From: Squalus acanthias
Taxonomy: Eukaryota
Length of the DNA: 64,000 bases
Direction of reading: 5' to 3'
Assembly (NCBI GenBank): GCA_030390025.1
Contig: CM059432.1
Location: forward strand, 79,982,001-80,046,000
In this document: piece by piece, positions 62,692-64,000 of the stretch
Numbering within the stretch: the first letter of the stretch is position 1
Layout: each line of letters starts with the position of its first letter
Translations under genes and position numbers: made by a program
Notes under the pieces: generated by a model
The model's input: only the letters and a program-made list of their open reading frames with translations
Database searches by the model: none
What the model was told of the DNA's origin: nothing

Positions 62692-63583
62692 CTGTTGAAA
62701 AAAAAATATATAAATTCAGTAAATATCAATACTTTATAGCATCAATCTAACAGCAGTCTTAGCAAAGAATCACAGATATTTGGTCAATCCAAAACTGATG
62801 CCACTGCCCCATGCTCTGTGCATAGCCTTGTATCTTCCTCTGCTTCAAATATTTTCCAATTTTCCCTCAAAAGATGCAACGGTCTTCTGCCTCAACCACT
62901 TCCTATGGCAAAACAACTTTCTATATAAATTGGTTTCTACTAACTTCTCTTCTCACACACTAAGTGACTATTTTAAATTGTTGACCCCCTTGTAACTAAT
63001 CTCCCCAACCAGAGGACTATAATCTTTCCCGAATTCCCCTGTCAAAATCCAATTTCTTTGCTCCCCAAATTTCTCTCCCAACCTGTAGCTGAATCTATCA
63101 CCCTAATGCTTGCTACTTCAGCAATTTGATGTGTCTGTGGCCCTGAAGTCTCCTTCATACCCCATAATTGGGACACGATGCTCTTTTGGTGGCAATGAAC
63201 TGGCAGAGAATGGGCCATGGATAAACAGAGTGTTGGTATGGACACAAGCACACCACAGCCCAGAACAAAAGATTTTCTGGGGTTGCAGTGAGGGAGGTGG
63301 GCGGGTAGGCAGGCAGACAGCAACAAACAGCCCAAGAAAGGGCCATGAATAAACCAACCGGTGGGGACAGTGTTTTAGAGGCAAAGAGAAAAGCTACAGG
63401 AAGGCATCGGGTCGATGAGGAGAGGAATGCTGCTCAGCTGTACATTTGGGGAGAGGCTGCATGCACCAGGAGCCAGGCAGAGATATTGGCAGACTGGGGG
63501 AGGTGGGGAAGGGCGGGAAAGATAGGGCCAAGACACTGGTGTCAGCAGCAACACAAGCCAGATGATTCGGGTAGCAGGTAGAG

Positions 63584-63985
63584 TTTTTTTTTAATTCATT
63601 CACAGGATGTGGACGTCACCAGCAAGGCCAGCATTTATTGCCCATCCCTAATTGCCGTTGAGGTGGTGGTAGTGAGCCGCCTTCTTGCTAGGCCATATCA
63701 GAGGGCAGTTAAGAGTCAACCACATTGCTGTGGGTCTGGAGTCATATATAGGCCAGACTGGGTAAGGACGGCAGATTTCCTTCCCTAAAGGACATTAGTG
63801 AACCAGATGGGTTTTTACGACAATCCGGTAATTTCATGGTCACCATTACTGACACTAGCTTTTTTTTAAATTCCATTATTATTTTGAATTTAAATTCCCC
63901 AGCTGCCATGGTAGGATTTGAAATCATGTCCCTGGAGTCCAGGCCTCTGGATTCCTAGTCCAGTAACATAACCACTATGCTACCG
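63584..63985 (-). mobile_element. tRNA-derived SINE with a LINE-derived 3' tail
   Basis: Minus-strand head ggtagcatagtggtt (A box) ... atttcaaatcc (B-box-like); 3' end attagggatgggcaataaatgctggccttgc shared with the LINEs at 35965, 41955 and 11965; A-rich tail. Confidence 0.82.
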
Positions 63986-64000
63986 TAATAGACCCAATCA

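Noticed and set aside
63900..63985. Functional tRNA gene
   Set aside because: A/B-box-like motifs are present, but no complete cloverleaf is evident and the sequence continues into a SINE body and LINE tail.

Overview
Vertebrate genomic DNA; the repeat content suggests a cartilaginous fish such as a shark (inference). The whole window lies inside ARFGEF1 (BIG1, brefeldin A-inhibited Arf GEF 1) on the minus strand. Thirteen internal coding exons (equivalent to human exons 2-14, numbering from recall) have GT-AG boundaries and matching phases, and join into 2011 nt of open frame from the N-terminal DCB region through HUS to the start of the Sec7 domain. Exon 1 and the 3' exons lie outside the window. 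The introns are dense with transposons: CR1-type LINEs (one very young copy with an unbroken 621-codon RT frame and a 21-bp TSD), L2-type LINEs, a third LINE family with a matching tRNA-derived SINE, an RTE fragment, Harbinger-like MITEs with 3-bp TSDs, Penelope-like terminal repeats carrying minimal hammerhead ribozyme motifs on the pre-mRNA strand, and heavily decayed DIRS-type (tyrosine recombinase) retrotransposon relics. No wholly new gene system is evident. The best leads are the hammerhead-bearing fold-back insertions, the DIRS relics and the inverted LINE pairs flanking exons. Repeat boundaries without a TSD are approximate.
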